A stretch of 63,996 bases of DNA, counting the filler, from Reclinomonas americana ATCC 50394 (lineage: Eukaryota): NCBI GenBank assembly GCA_048213135.1. It is 7 parts of 4 records of this genome, joined end to end, with 100 filler letters (N's around TTAATTAATTAA, not from the genome) between each part and the next. Parts side by side here need not be neighbours in the genome. Positions count along the whole stretch, not along the records: positions 1 to 5,281 come from PS015708.1; positions 5,382 to 9,164 come from PS015709.1; positions 9,265 to 18,853 come from PS015709.1; 4 more parts are not named here. One strand, given 5' to 3'. The number at the start of each line of letters is the position of its first letter. The first letter of the stretch is position 1. Positions 1 through 13,800 of the stretch are shown here, piece by piece. Under the pieces are notes generated by a model. The model worked only from the letters and a program-made list of their open reading frames with translations. It ran no database searches and was not told where the DNA came from. Position numbers and translations under genes: made by a program.

Positions 1-49
1 AGTGCTACATGCAATCACCCCGAGTCCGTTTTCATCGGCGTGCTCTCAC

Positions 50-3669
<3,620 letters not shown>

Positions 3670-3989
3670 TCGTGCGGCGATTTTCGCGTGCGGAGTTGCG
3701 GGACATGGGCGATATTGGATACATTGATTGGGGGTTGTGTGAAGTGGTGTGGATGAGTGAGAGCGAAGGTGGTTGTTGTTTGGTTGGCGATGCGGGATGG
3801 CGTGGGGGCAGTTTGATGGCGCTCGATATAATGACCAATGTATCAACGTCGCCCTTGTCAGCTCCTCGTTGTATCGGATCCGGAGCAGGTTGGCAGTGAG
3901 GTTTGCTGCTGCTCCTGGACCGCGGCGTGTAGCTGCCCCTGTCATTCGATGATAGCAAGCGTCGCAATAAAGCAAGGGCGACAGTGCAG

Positions 3990-4520
3990 CGTCGGCAGTG
4001 TTGAAGTTCCCTTCGTCTCGATCCCATGCTGCAAGGCAGCTTTGTTGCTCTCTGGATGAGGTATCAGGCCGTGTTGCCGCAGTTCCCTTCGTCATAGATC
4101 TCAGTTGTGTTGCGAGGCAACACGGCGGTATAATGCGGTGGTAAGTTGCAGGTTCCATCGCCGTCGATCCCACGCTGTGTCCGAGGAAGCTGCGTCGTAC
4201 TCTGGATGAGGCGACACTACCCGTACAGCGCTGGCTGTGTCGGTGCAGTTCCCTTCGTCCTCGATCCTGCTTGCGCTATATGCGCGCCCAAGCGATGCGC
4301 AACAAGATCAGCCGAAAGACACTGGCTGCGATGCTGCAGCTCCTTCCCGGTGCAGATCCGAGGCACCTGTGCTGCTCTCTGCACGAGGCATCAGGCAGCG
4401 TTACTGCACTTGATTTCGCCGTCGATCATGCGCAGTCTCCGAGGAAGCTGCGTTGCCATTCGTCACCGTCCCGGTGCAAATCCGAGACACCTGTGTTCCA
4501 CTAAGCACGAGGCATCACGG
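3990..4520. repeat. Degenerate modular tandem repeat, intergenic
   Basis: Recurring blocks: gttcccttcgtc (~4006, 4082, 4248), ctctggatgagg (~4049, 4200), ccgaggaagctgcgt (~4181, 4439), ccggtgca.atccgag.cacctgtg (~4347, 4471), gcacgaggcatca (~4381, 4506). Confidence 0.65.
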
Positions 4521-4619
4521 GCGGCCGTGCAGCAATAGATGTGTCATCGTTTGATCGATTGACACAGCCCTTGCTCGAGAGCGCTACATCCATCACCTTC
4601 GGCTCCCCACCTCTCAGTC

Positions 4620-4982
4620 TCACATCACTGTACACTTGCACATGGGTGGATCATCGGCGGGCTTGGAGATGGTCACCGGCAAGTACACCTCCACCACGCT
4701 CTCCGCTCGTGCTCGATTCTGCCCGAGCGTCATATCCAGGAAGCCCAAGTAGCCGTCGACATGCACCGACAGCGCGTCTGCCCGACACCAACATAGAGAG
4801 ATGAGCGACTCTTTTTGGAGACTGCCAGTGCCATGTAAAACCAAAAAACCTCTTCTCTGCATGGTGGTATACAACAAATCGAGCGGCGTGCTGCTCAGCC
4901 GCGCATTGAGAAACCACGAGAGCTTGTCATTGGGAGTGCGCACAATGAAGCGCACAGTGACCACTGGGTCGGGATCGTAACC
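4620..4982 (-). CDS. Terminal exon of an unknown protein ending in a CaaX prenylation motif (CKCTVM*)
   Basis: Pyrimidine tract and CAG acceptor at 4985-4983. About 120 aa of globular-looking sequence ends ...DDPPMCKCTVM-stop. Upstream exons are not resolved. Confidence 0.6.
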   Translation of the reverse strand, partial: GYDPDPVVTVRFIVRTPNDKLSWFLNARLSSTPLDLLYTTMQRRGFLVLHGTGSLQKESLISLCWCRADALSVHVDGYLGFLDMTLGQNRARAESVVEVYLPVTISKPADDPPMCKCTVM

Positions 4983-5096
4983 CTGAAGAGGAGAAAGAGA
5001 GAGAGAGTGAGAAGGGAGGGAGGAGAAGGTGGGAGAGTTGCTGAGCAAGTGAAGAGGTGATCTGCAGCAGTCTCTACGATGCACTGATCACGTCCG

Positions 5097-5127
<31 letters not shown>

Positions 5128-5281
5128 AGTGTGCGCATGAGTGTGTGCATCTCTCGCAGGTGAAGGGGCGATCTGCAGCAGTCTATGCAATGCACGGGTC
5201 GTCACCTCCTTCCTCTCTCAGTGCATCACTCGCAGGTCAAGAAGTTGCACTGCTCGCCCTCCCGCTCTCTCTCTCTCTCTC

Positions 5282-5381
5282 NNNNNNNNNNNNNNNNNNN
5301 NNNNNNNNNNNNNNNNNNNNNNNNNTTAATTAATTAANNNNNNNNNNNNNNNNNNNNNNNNNNNNNNNNNNNNNNNNNNNN
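5282..5381. other. Artificial scaffold linker (44 N + TTAATTAATTAA + 44 N); same linker at 9165-9264, 18854-18953, 25031-25130, 43049-43148, 62806-62905
   Basis: Identical 100-nt spacer with stops in all six frames, present six times. Confidence 0.97.
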
Positions 5382-5683
5382 GTTCTCCTTTGTCATCCCC
5401 TACTTGCCTTCCCCTCGTCCTCCTGTCGTTATTCTCCTTCATCTTCTGCTTCCATCTTTCATCGCTGTTCTCCTCCTCCTCCTCCTTTTCTTCTTTTTCT
5501 CTTGTCCTCTTCCTGCCTGTTCTTGTTCTCCTTTGTTATCCCCGTACCTGCCTTCCCCCTTCTCCTCCTCCTCCTCCTCCTCCTCCTCTTCCACTTCCTC
5601 CTCCTCCTCCTCCCTCCTCGCTCTCCTCCCCCTCTCTCCCTCCCCCTCCTCACCTCCTCCTCCTCACCTCCCCATCACCGCAG

Positions 5684-6432
5684 GACGACGTCGTGTGCAG
5701 CGAGAACCGCGCTCGCAAGAACATGGAGAGCGTGGCCAACTTGGTGGAGCGTCGTGATGTTGCGTCCTTTCCTTCTCCTTCGCGCTTCCTCTCGCTCCTT
5801 TCCCTCACACGGGGAGACACAGGTTCAACTACCTATCCAATCATCGTCGCGAGCGGACTACTCTGGCGCACAGCCACTGGGCAAGACCGTGGGCAAGAAG
5901 GAGGCGCTCCGTGAGTTGCAGCTGCGACAGGAGGCTGAGTTGCGCAAAGTAGTGTCGCCTCCCGAGTATCACCGCTTGGCCTGACGCACTCCATGCGCAC
6001 AGAGAGATTGTGCGACAGCAGCAGGAGGGCATGCGGGAAAAGCCGGAGCCGCTGAGCACGACACAGAGGGAGATGCTGGCATCGGCGGCGGCATCGGTCA
6101 CTGGACCGCAAATACGTGAGTGGATCGTCGTTTTGGCGTGACACGAGATCCGACGCTGAAGGCTGACATCGTAACGCGCTGTAGATTATGATGAGCCGCT
6201 GGAGACATCAGATCCTGTGACGCTGTACTCGCACAGCGGCACGATGAAGTCGGGAATGACGGCGCCCACTGGTGAGTGTCTCCCTTTTCCCCACTGCCTT
6301 TCCAAACCCTCCCCGCCGACTCCTCTCTCTTCTTGGACAGGTCCCAACAAGCTCGGTCGCAATCACCACTTCTCGACTCCTATTGAGATCTATCGCCCCA
6401 AGTCCGGCGTTCCGATCATGAAGGATTTGTAG
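5684..6432 (+). CDS. SPAG8/FAP143-like ciliary microtubule inner protein (3' part; 5' exons missing)
   Basis: Spliced C-terminus SDPVTLYSHSGTMKSGMTAPTGPNKLGRNHHFSTPIEIYRPK resembles the P(I/V)T.(Y/W)S...RN..FSTPI..Y end motif I recall for SPAG8/FAP143. Introns are GT-AG. Confidence 0.5.
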
Positions 6433-6499
6433 AAGTAGAAGGCAAGGGCGCACAACCTGTACGAGAGAGTGTTTCGTGGTGGAGGACTGTGATACAAGT

Positions 6500-6936
6500 A
6501 TACGTGGTATATTAACAGCAACAACAAGTGGAGACTATTCAGTACTGTGGTGCGGCGGCGACGACCGCACACTAACCACTCTTTGATCAGGCAGCACGTA
6601 CGTGGTATTAACACACATGATTAGTGGAGACTATGGCGGCGGCGACGACAACGACGACCGCACACCAACTCTGATCAAGCAGACAACAACAACATGATTG
6701 GTGGAGACTATTCAGTACTATGATGGCGGTGGCGGCTGCTACCGCACACTAAACATCTTTGATCAAGCAGCACGTACGTGGTATTAACACACATGATCAG
6801 TGGAGACTATGGCGGCGGCGACGACCGCACACCAACTCTGATCATACGTGGTATATTAACAACAACAACAACAACATGATTAGTAAAGAGACTATTCAGC
6901 ACTATGCACACTAAACACTCTCTGATCAAGCAGCAC
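6500..6936. repeat. Degenerate minisatellite, about 5 units of 77-99 bp, between convergent genes
   Basis: gtggagactat at ~6528, 6624, 6701, 6800 (variant ~6887), with recurring cgtggtat(at)taac, ggcggcg..accgcacac and tgatcaagcag blocks. Confidence 0.85.
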
Positions 6937-7002
6937 ATTATTCGCTGCTGCTTGCTCCGCACTCTAACTTGGATCCCCCTCCTCAATCCACCTCTTCGAT
7001 GG

Positions 7003-8807
7003 CTACCTCGCACCCTCCACACTCGCCCCTCTCGTCCTTCTCATCTCACCCGTCTCCTCATCCTGCTCCCCGTCCTCATCCGCTCCGCCGTCAGCATCCA
7101 ATAATCTCCGCTGTGCCAGCGTCTCGTCTGCGGTTCCCGTGGTTGCAATCTCCTTCATTTCGGTGTCACGCTCGTCGTGCTCGGGATGCTCCGCCGGCAC
7201 CACCTCCTCCACCGCCGGCGACGACGAATCGTCCGCAGTCGCCGCTTGCTCCGCCTTTTTCTTGTTCTTGCGCATGTCCTCCACACGCTTCATCCACAGG
7301 AAGATGAAGACGCTGAGCATGACGACGGCCGAGCCTGTCAGCTGCAGTGGCGATCTGACATTCTCACTGCGCCGAAATGAGGTGAGGAAGGGATGGCGAT
7401 GGAGAGGCGAGAGAGAGAGCACGATTGCAGCGAAACTCGAGAATTAGCCAGCCAAACACCAGAGCGGAGACGAGGCGCACGGGAAGAACTCTGCGCGCGT
7501 GCCAGAGAGTGAGCACGGACACACAAGAGCCGAGGAAGAATGTTGGTACGTACGATCCGTGCACAGCAGCGCCGACGCGCCTGACCACCCACTGCACACA
7601 GTGTCGTGCATGTCAGCCTGTGAGGATGCGTGTGGACACGACGCACGCTACTCACCATTTGCATGATACCCGACAGCCACATGATGCCGAGCGACATGGC
7701 CAAGAGCGTGCACCACGCCGTCACAGACAGGCGGTCAAGCTGGCTCCAGTCTGCACGTCGCTATGAGATGTCTAGCACGGCAGGGCGAACATGACACACA
7801 CTACTCACCCTCGTGCAGAACAAACGCCGCGGGAGGCGAGTACAGGGACGAGACAATGCTCTGGTACGTAAACGAGGTCTCCGCCGTCAAGTGGTCCAGC
7901 TCCTTGATCAGGATCTGCGTCGGGGAGGCGTTCAGCGTCTGCGAGGAGTCACAGCGAAGGAGATGCACGCACCAAGTACGCGGCGAGGGTGACGGCATTG
8001 AGAGCGGCCACGCTGATGCCCTGCAGTCCTCAAAATGTCAGGACGAGAGCCTTGACAACATCAACAATGATGTGGAACTCACCGCCAAGTCCAGCAGCGT
8101 CAGCTCCGAGAAGCCGACCTTGAAAATGTTGGAGCTCAGCATCATCAGCGCACCGCACGTGGTGCCAATGACGGTGAACACTGAAGACGGTGAGTGAGAG
8201 GAAGGGGAGCGAGAGACGCGAAAAGAGGATGAAGGCACCTGTTATTCTTGGAATGGGTTCCTTCTTGTAACACCTCGCAAAGGCGACGACCATGAATGGC
8301 GCCGTCAAGTGCACCGCCTGCGTCGCACATGGTGAGCAGCGCGCAATGTGCGGGAGATGAGAAAGGAGGAGAGGAAGTGTCACACACCTGTACATATGCC
8401 GCCTTGGTCAATGCTGGGGCCACGACACTTGTGACTGAGCGCTGCAGATGAAGTGAGACGAGTGCGGGGGAGGAGGATGGAGAGGAGTCGCTCTGCTCTC
8501 CTGCTTGCTCTGCCATTCTTCTCTACTCGTCTCTACTCTGCTTTCCAGTATCCTCCATTACTCTACTTCGCTCGTCTCTTCTCTGCTCTCCTCTGTCCTC
8601 CTCTGCCCTTCTTTTCTCGACTCTCTGTTCTTCTCTGCTATACTCACACGAAACTGCGACCATGTTGAACATGAACAGCCATATTCGCCACTCCTTGATG
8701 GCGCCCCACTGGACCTTGCGCATGGGCGTGTACACCAGCAGCGAGATCGCCAAGCACGGTGCGTTGACGAGCAGCGGCAAGATCATAACCGGAACGCCGA
8801 GGTCGAC
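7003..8807 (-). CDS. EamA/DMT-superfamily membrane transporter, paralog A (first exon(s) missing)
   Basis: Many hydrophobic exons: VDLGVPVMILPLLVNAPCLAISLL, AVHLTAPFMVVAFARCYKKEPI, VFTVIGTTCGALMMLSSNIFKVGFSELT, LLAMSLGIMWLSGIMQ, LQLTGSAVVMLSVFIFLW, followed by a charged tail. Confidence 0.75.
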
Positions 8808-9014
8808 CTGGAGTGGGAATCGGAAAGGGTGGTGAGAGAGGGGGGAGGGAGAAGGGAAGGGAAGTGAGCTGTCAATCATAGAAGGATCGAAAGCAGGGCA
8901 GGCTGAGTGCAGGAAAGGGTCTCGGTGCTTGCATGCGCCGAAGGGGTGAGAGAGACAGTGAGAAAGGAGGATCGAAAGCAGGCAGATAGGAAGTGTGTCG
9001 CAGTTCATTGGAAA

Positions 9015-9067
<53 letters not shown>

Positions 9068-9302
9068 GTACGTAGTGTCGTGTACGGTGGTGGTCGTGTA
9101 GTAGTAGTAGTACGTACGTAGTAGGTAAGGTAAGGGAAGGAAACGGGAAACGGAAACGGTAACGNNNNNNNNNNNNNNNNNNNNNNNNNNNNNNNNNNNN
9201 NNNNNNNNTTAATTAATTAANNNNNNNNNNNNNNNNNNNNNNNNNNNNNNNNNNNNNNNNNNNNTTCTCCCTCCTCCTCCTCCTCCTCCTCCTCACCATC
9301 AG

Positions 9303-10794
9303 CTGCAAGACCACATGCCACCCATCGCCCTCACCGTGCTCATGTCGGCACCCTGCCTGGTGCTCTCCCTCGCCTTCCTGGCCTCACGCGGCCTGGTCGA
9401 CTGGCGACAACTGCGACGACCAATGTCGTGGTTCTTCTTGCTGATTGTCGTGCTGGTGCGTTGCCCGCTGTGTCTCTAGTTTCTCGCACACGCTGACATT
9501 CGGCGCAGCGATACACCACCACGGTGCTTGGACCAAAGTACACCAGAGCCGCGCTGTACCAGGCCGTGGTGATGACTTCGCCATTCGTCACGGTCGGATT
9601 GGGAAGGTGTTTCTTTGGCGAGCGTATCAGCTTGGTGGCTGGTGCGTCACATTTCCCCTGCCTCTCAACTCGCATTTCCGCTTTCTCAACCTTCTTTCCA
9701 GTGATCACTGCCATTTTCGCGGCATTCGGCGCCGTGCTCATGTTGTCGACCAACCTGTGGCAGGTGGGCTTCTCGGAGCTGACCACGAATGACTACATTG
9801 GCCTCACAAGTGCGTCGAGTTTGAGAGAAAGAGAGAGGGAAAAGATCCATGCCCTCCTCACTCACTCGCGCGATCAGTTGCCTGCGCTCACTCCTGCGTC
9901 TTGGCCGTGTACTTTTGTTACGTCCCTGACCCTCACTATCGCACGTATGAATGCTCGACTGAAGCCGTAACTGGTTCTACGCAGTGCTGCTGAAAGGCAT
10001 CAAGGGCACGGTTCGTCATCCTTGTCACTTGTTCGCTTGCTCTGCGTTTCTGATCGGTCATGACTTCTGCAGTCGTCGGAAACACTCTACACCTTCCAGG
10101 TGATTCCGCCTCTGATCTACGGACCGCCGGTATCCTGGGCCACGGGTGAAGGTTTGTCTCCCTCCTCTCTCCCCTCCCCCTTGCTCCCTCCCTTCCCGTT
10201 CTATCCTCACTCCCTTTCCCTTGCTACACAGACTGGGGCATCTTTTTGCACGTCTCCCTGCAAGGCTGGCTCATCTTCGCTGTCATCTCCGTGGGCATCC
10301 TCTTCGGCGTCAACCTCCTGCAAATGTATGTCGTCAAGAACATTGGCGCGCCGACGCACAGCAGCATGCTGGCTGTCAGCTTGGTGGCGGCCACGTTTTT
10401 CGGGTGGCTCTTTCTTGGGTACGCTACATGGCATGCATGCATGCATGTGGGTGTTTGCTAACATCGTCGGTTGCACAGCGAGGAATTCTCGTCCGTCTGG
10501 CAGCTACTCGGCGCAGCGCTGGTCATTGTCAGCGTCACTGTGCTCTTGTGGCGACAGCGTCAGGTTGCGATGCGCGCCCTGGCCGCCCAGCAGCTGGCCG
10601 CCATGAATAACGTGGAGCTGATTGAGCTGGGCGTCACCGGCACTGCCAAACAGGAAAAGAAGGAGGAGGGGGAGGAGGATGAGGATGCAGACGCCGTCGC
10701 ACACCAGTCACTGCTGTCTGATCAGGAGCCACTCAGTACCGGCGACGAGGAAGAGGAGACGACAGATGGTGGTGGCAAGAATGTCGTCGTCTGA
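9303..10794 (+). CDS. EamA/DMT-superfamily membrane transporter, paralog B (first exon(s) missing)
   Basis: LQDHMPPIALTVLMSAPCLVLSLAF, YQAVVMTSPFVTVGLGRCFFGERI, AIFAAFGAVLMLSTNLWQVGFSELT, LLQMYVVKNIGAPTHSSMLAVSLVAATFFGWLFLGEEFSSVWQLLGAALVIVSV (EamA-like C-terminal LGE..QLLGAALVI pattern). Confidence 0.8.
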
Positions 10795-10803
10795 CTGACT
10801 GTT

Positions 10804-13800
10804 TTACAACAATTTGGAGGTGAGCAACCAGCGGCGCACCAGTGCGCGGAAGCCCACAATCGAGTCCGCCGACGCCGGGTGCACCTGCAGCAGGGCGTAC
10901 GCCGGCCGTCCCATGGGCGACGGCACCTCCCCAGGTGGGTCTGTGGCGTTGCCCGGCAGCACCGTGGCATGCACGCGAATCACGGACCCCGAGCGTGGCA
11001 AGGCCGGCATGCCAGTGACAAGAATGAGGAAGCGACGCAAGTCGGCTTGCGACAGCTGCCCGATGACCTGCGCGCACCAGTATGTTGAGTGAAAGAAAAA
11101 CGAGGGGCGAGTGTGGAGTGTCCAACCTGAACAATATTCTGGGGGCCCGGCGACTGCGCCGCAAAGTCCTTGAAGCGCAGCGCATAGAGGACGTCGCGTG
11201 CATCCACGGCATTCGGCGCACACACCACGCTCTTCAGCTCGTACGAACCCAACTCGACAAATACCTCGGAGCGCAAACCGCAGCTCCAGCACTCGGTCAG
11301 GCCGTGACGCACCAGCTCAATGGCCTGTCGTCTCTCGGCGCCCAACAAGCGAGTACGCGCTCGACCACACACATACGCCAGCACAGTCGTCGAGGTGACG
11401 GGATCCGATCGCACTGAGGGACAAGGATGAGGAGCGAAAGGAAGAGAGATAGATGTTCGTCGTCCACTCACATGTGCCGGTCGGCAAGAACTCGCGCTCC
11501 ACCAACTCAAACGTAAGATTCGCCGGCAGCGGCAGGTAGCACAACACTTGAAGTGCGCGAGACAAGGTCGGATCCACCGGCTCCAGCAGCGTCTGCAACG
11601 CCATCCACACCTCCGGCGACGACATGGTCGATCGGAGGATGGTGGACAACGACGACGAACCAGTGGCAAGCACGTCCCAAAACACAGGCGCCAGCAGCGT
11701 CGGCGGCACCGGCCGACCGTCGCCCACGCACTTGGCGATGAGGTGACCGAGCTGCATCAGGTGGCGCTCGCACTCATCTCGCTGGCGCACCGGCATCGAC
11801 TGCAGCGGCACCGGGTACCACACGGCGCTGTCGGGCAGACGCTCGAACGCATCGCTTTCCACCAACAGGCGCAAAAAGAGCTGCGTGTTTCGCACAAGTG
11901 AGATACACAGTTGGAAAGAGGTGGGTGAATTGGTAAGACCTCTTCATAGAACTCGAGGACGCGGCCGCTGCGCTGCGGCACGTCGGTGAACACAACAGTG
12001 GTCGGCGCAATCCAGCTGTCCAGCGGCAGTGATTCGAGTGCATGCAGCGTAGTGCCCAGCATCGTTTCCCGTGTGACACGAAGTTGCTGCGGAACCATGG
12101 TGAACAAAATGAGGAGGAGGAGGCACAGAGACTGAACAGCGATCGCAGTACCAATCCAGGATCGTTGAGGCGGTGCAATTCGCGTGTCTGCACCACGCCG
12201 TGTGCAAATGCCGCAATCCGCGCTTCCTCGCCTGCTTCCACTGACAGCTGCTTGGTGAAGTACGGTTGCCAGGTGGTGTCGCGGGCGTAAATGCGGGAGT
12301 TGGGGATCGGGTGAAGCTGCGGGAGAGAGTGATAATAAGTACAAGAAATCAACTGTCGTGGCTCTCTCTCTCCCTGATCACCTCCACGTTGACATTCCTT
12401 CGTCCTCTCTCTACCTCGTGCTATGTTCTCTATCTCTGTCTCCCTTTCTGTCGGCTTGTTAATCTCAGCGCACATCTGCGTTGTCCTTTCCCTCGTCCTC
12501 TCTCCACTTCTGCCTCTCTTTACCTCTTCTCACGCTCTGTTATATTCTCTTTCTCTGTCTCTGTTTCTCCTTTTCTTGCTCGTCCTCTGCAACCATAACT
12601 CTGTTCACCTTGCCTTCATACTCACTCACTCGCTCACACAGTCACTTGTCCCTGTATCTCTACTTCCTTCTCTCTCTCATCCTCTCCACTTCATTCACCC
12701 TTCCGTCATTTCCTCTTTTCCCACTTAAGCACTCTCCATCTCCTTCTGTCTCTCTTTCGCACAACTCCACGTTGTTTTTTCTCATTTCTTCCTCTGTTCA
12801 CTTCTCTCACTCTCTCTTCCTTCTCTCATCGTTCTCCATCTCCGACTCGCCTCTGTTTCAATCTCCATCTCTGTCTCGCTCCTTGTTTCCATGTTGCTGT
12901 ATTCATCATGCATCTTTCTTCTTTCTCCGTACGACCCCTTCTCCATTCCGTCTGCTCACTTCTTTCCCTTTCTACTCACTCGATCACTCCCTCCCTCTTT
13001 CTCTCTCTCTCTCACTCTCACTCTCTCTCTCTTCTCCCTTCCCCACCCTCTCCCATCCCTTCTCCTTCTCGCTCCCCCGCCCTCTCCCCCTTCCCGCACC
13101 ATTGCCTGCAACAGCGGCACCGCATCCGGCACCGTGATGCTCGACAGCAACGGTCCGAGCATCACCTGCTCCGTGTTCACATCGACCACCACGGTGGCAT
13201 CGGCACCCGCAAAGGCTCGCAGCAGCAGCATGCCCGCCGCGAACACATCACTCGCCATGGTCGGCGACGCACCCTCCACATGCAGCTCCGGCGCCCAATA
13301 TTCCGGTGCGTTGCCCGGCGTGACTGCAAACGCAAAGTGGTGTTGAGCGAGAAGGGGAAAAGAGAAGAATAACTAAGTTAGGTGGCGAATACTCACCAAG
13401 TGGTTCGCCCTTCACCAGTCGTCTGGCCGTCCGCCCGATTCCCACCCCGACAATCACCGGTCGGCCGTCGGCCTGCACGAACACATGGTCGAGCGACAGC
13501 TCGCCGTGGACCAGCTCGCGAGTGTGCAATGCTTGCAGACCCTGGCAGACGAACGGCGTGAGTCACACGCAAAAGTAACGATTGGAGACTGAGGGTTCGT
13601 GACGTACGTGCAGAATACCGCGCATTACGCCGGCCAGATCGGCAGGTGAGCGCGTCTCTGCGGCCAGCCACTTGCGCAGCGTCACAGGACCGACGTACGG
13701 TTGTTGCAGGAACACGACGCCGTCCACGACTCCCGTAAAGAGGCCTTCGATGCGCATGACATTCGGGTGATGGAGGGCCGACAGATCGGTCACCAGTTGC

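Noticed and set aside
5326..5337. Recurrent TTAATTAATTAA motif (six copies)
   Set aside because: Always centred in exactly 44+44 Ns: an artificial six-frame-stop scaffolding linker.
6500..6936. CRISPR-like array (also considered for 3990-4520)
   Set aside because: The sequences between conserved blocks are themselves homologous, units are degenerate, there are no cas genes, and the context is eukaryotic.
9066..9164. Odd gtacgtag/ggaaac low-complexity stretch
   Set aside because: It sits at a contig end after a (GA)n run and looks like low-quality pyrosequencing read tail.
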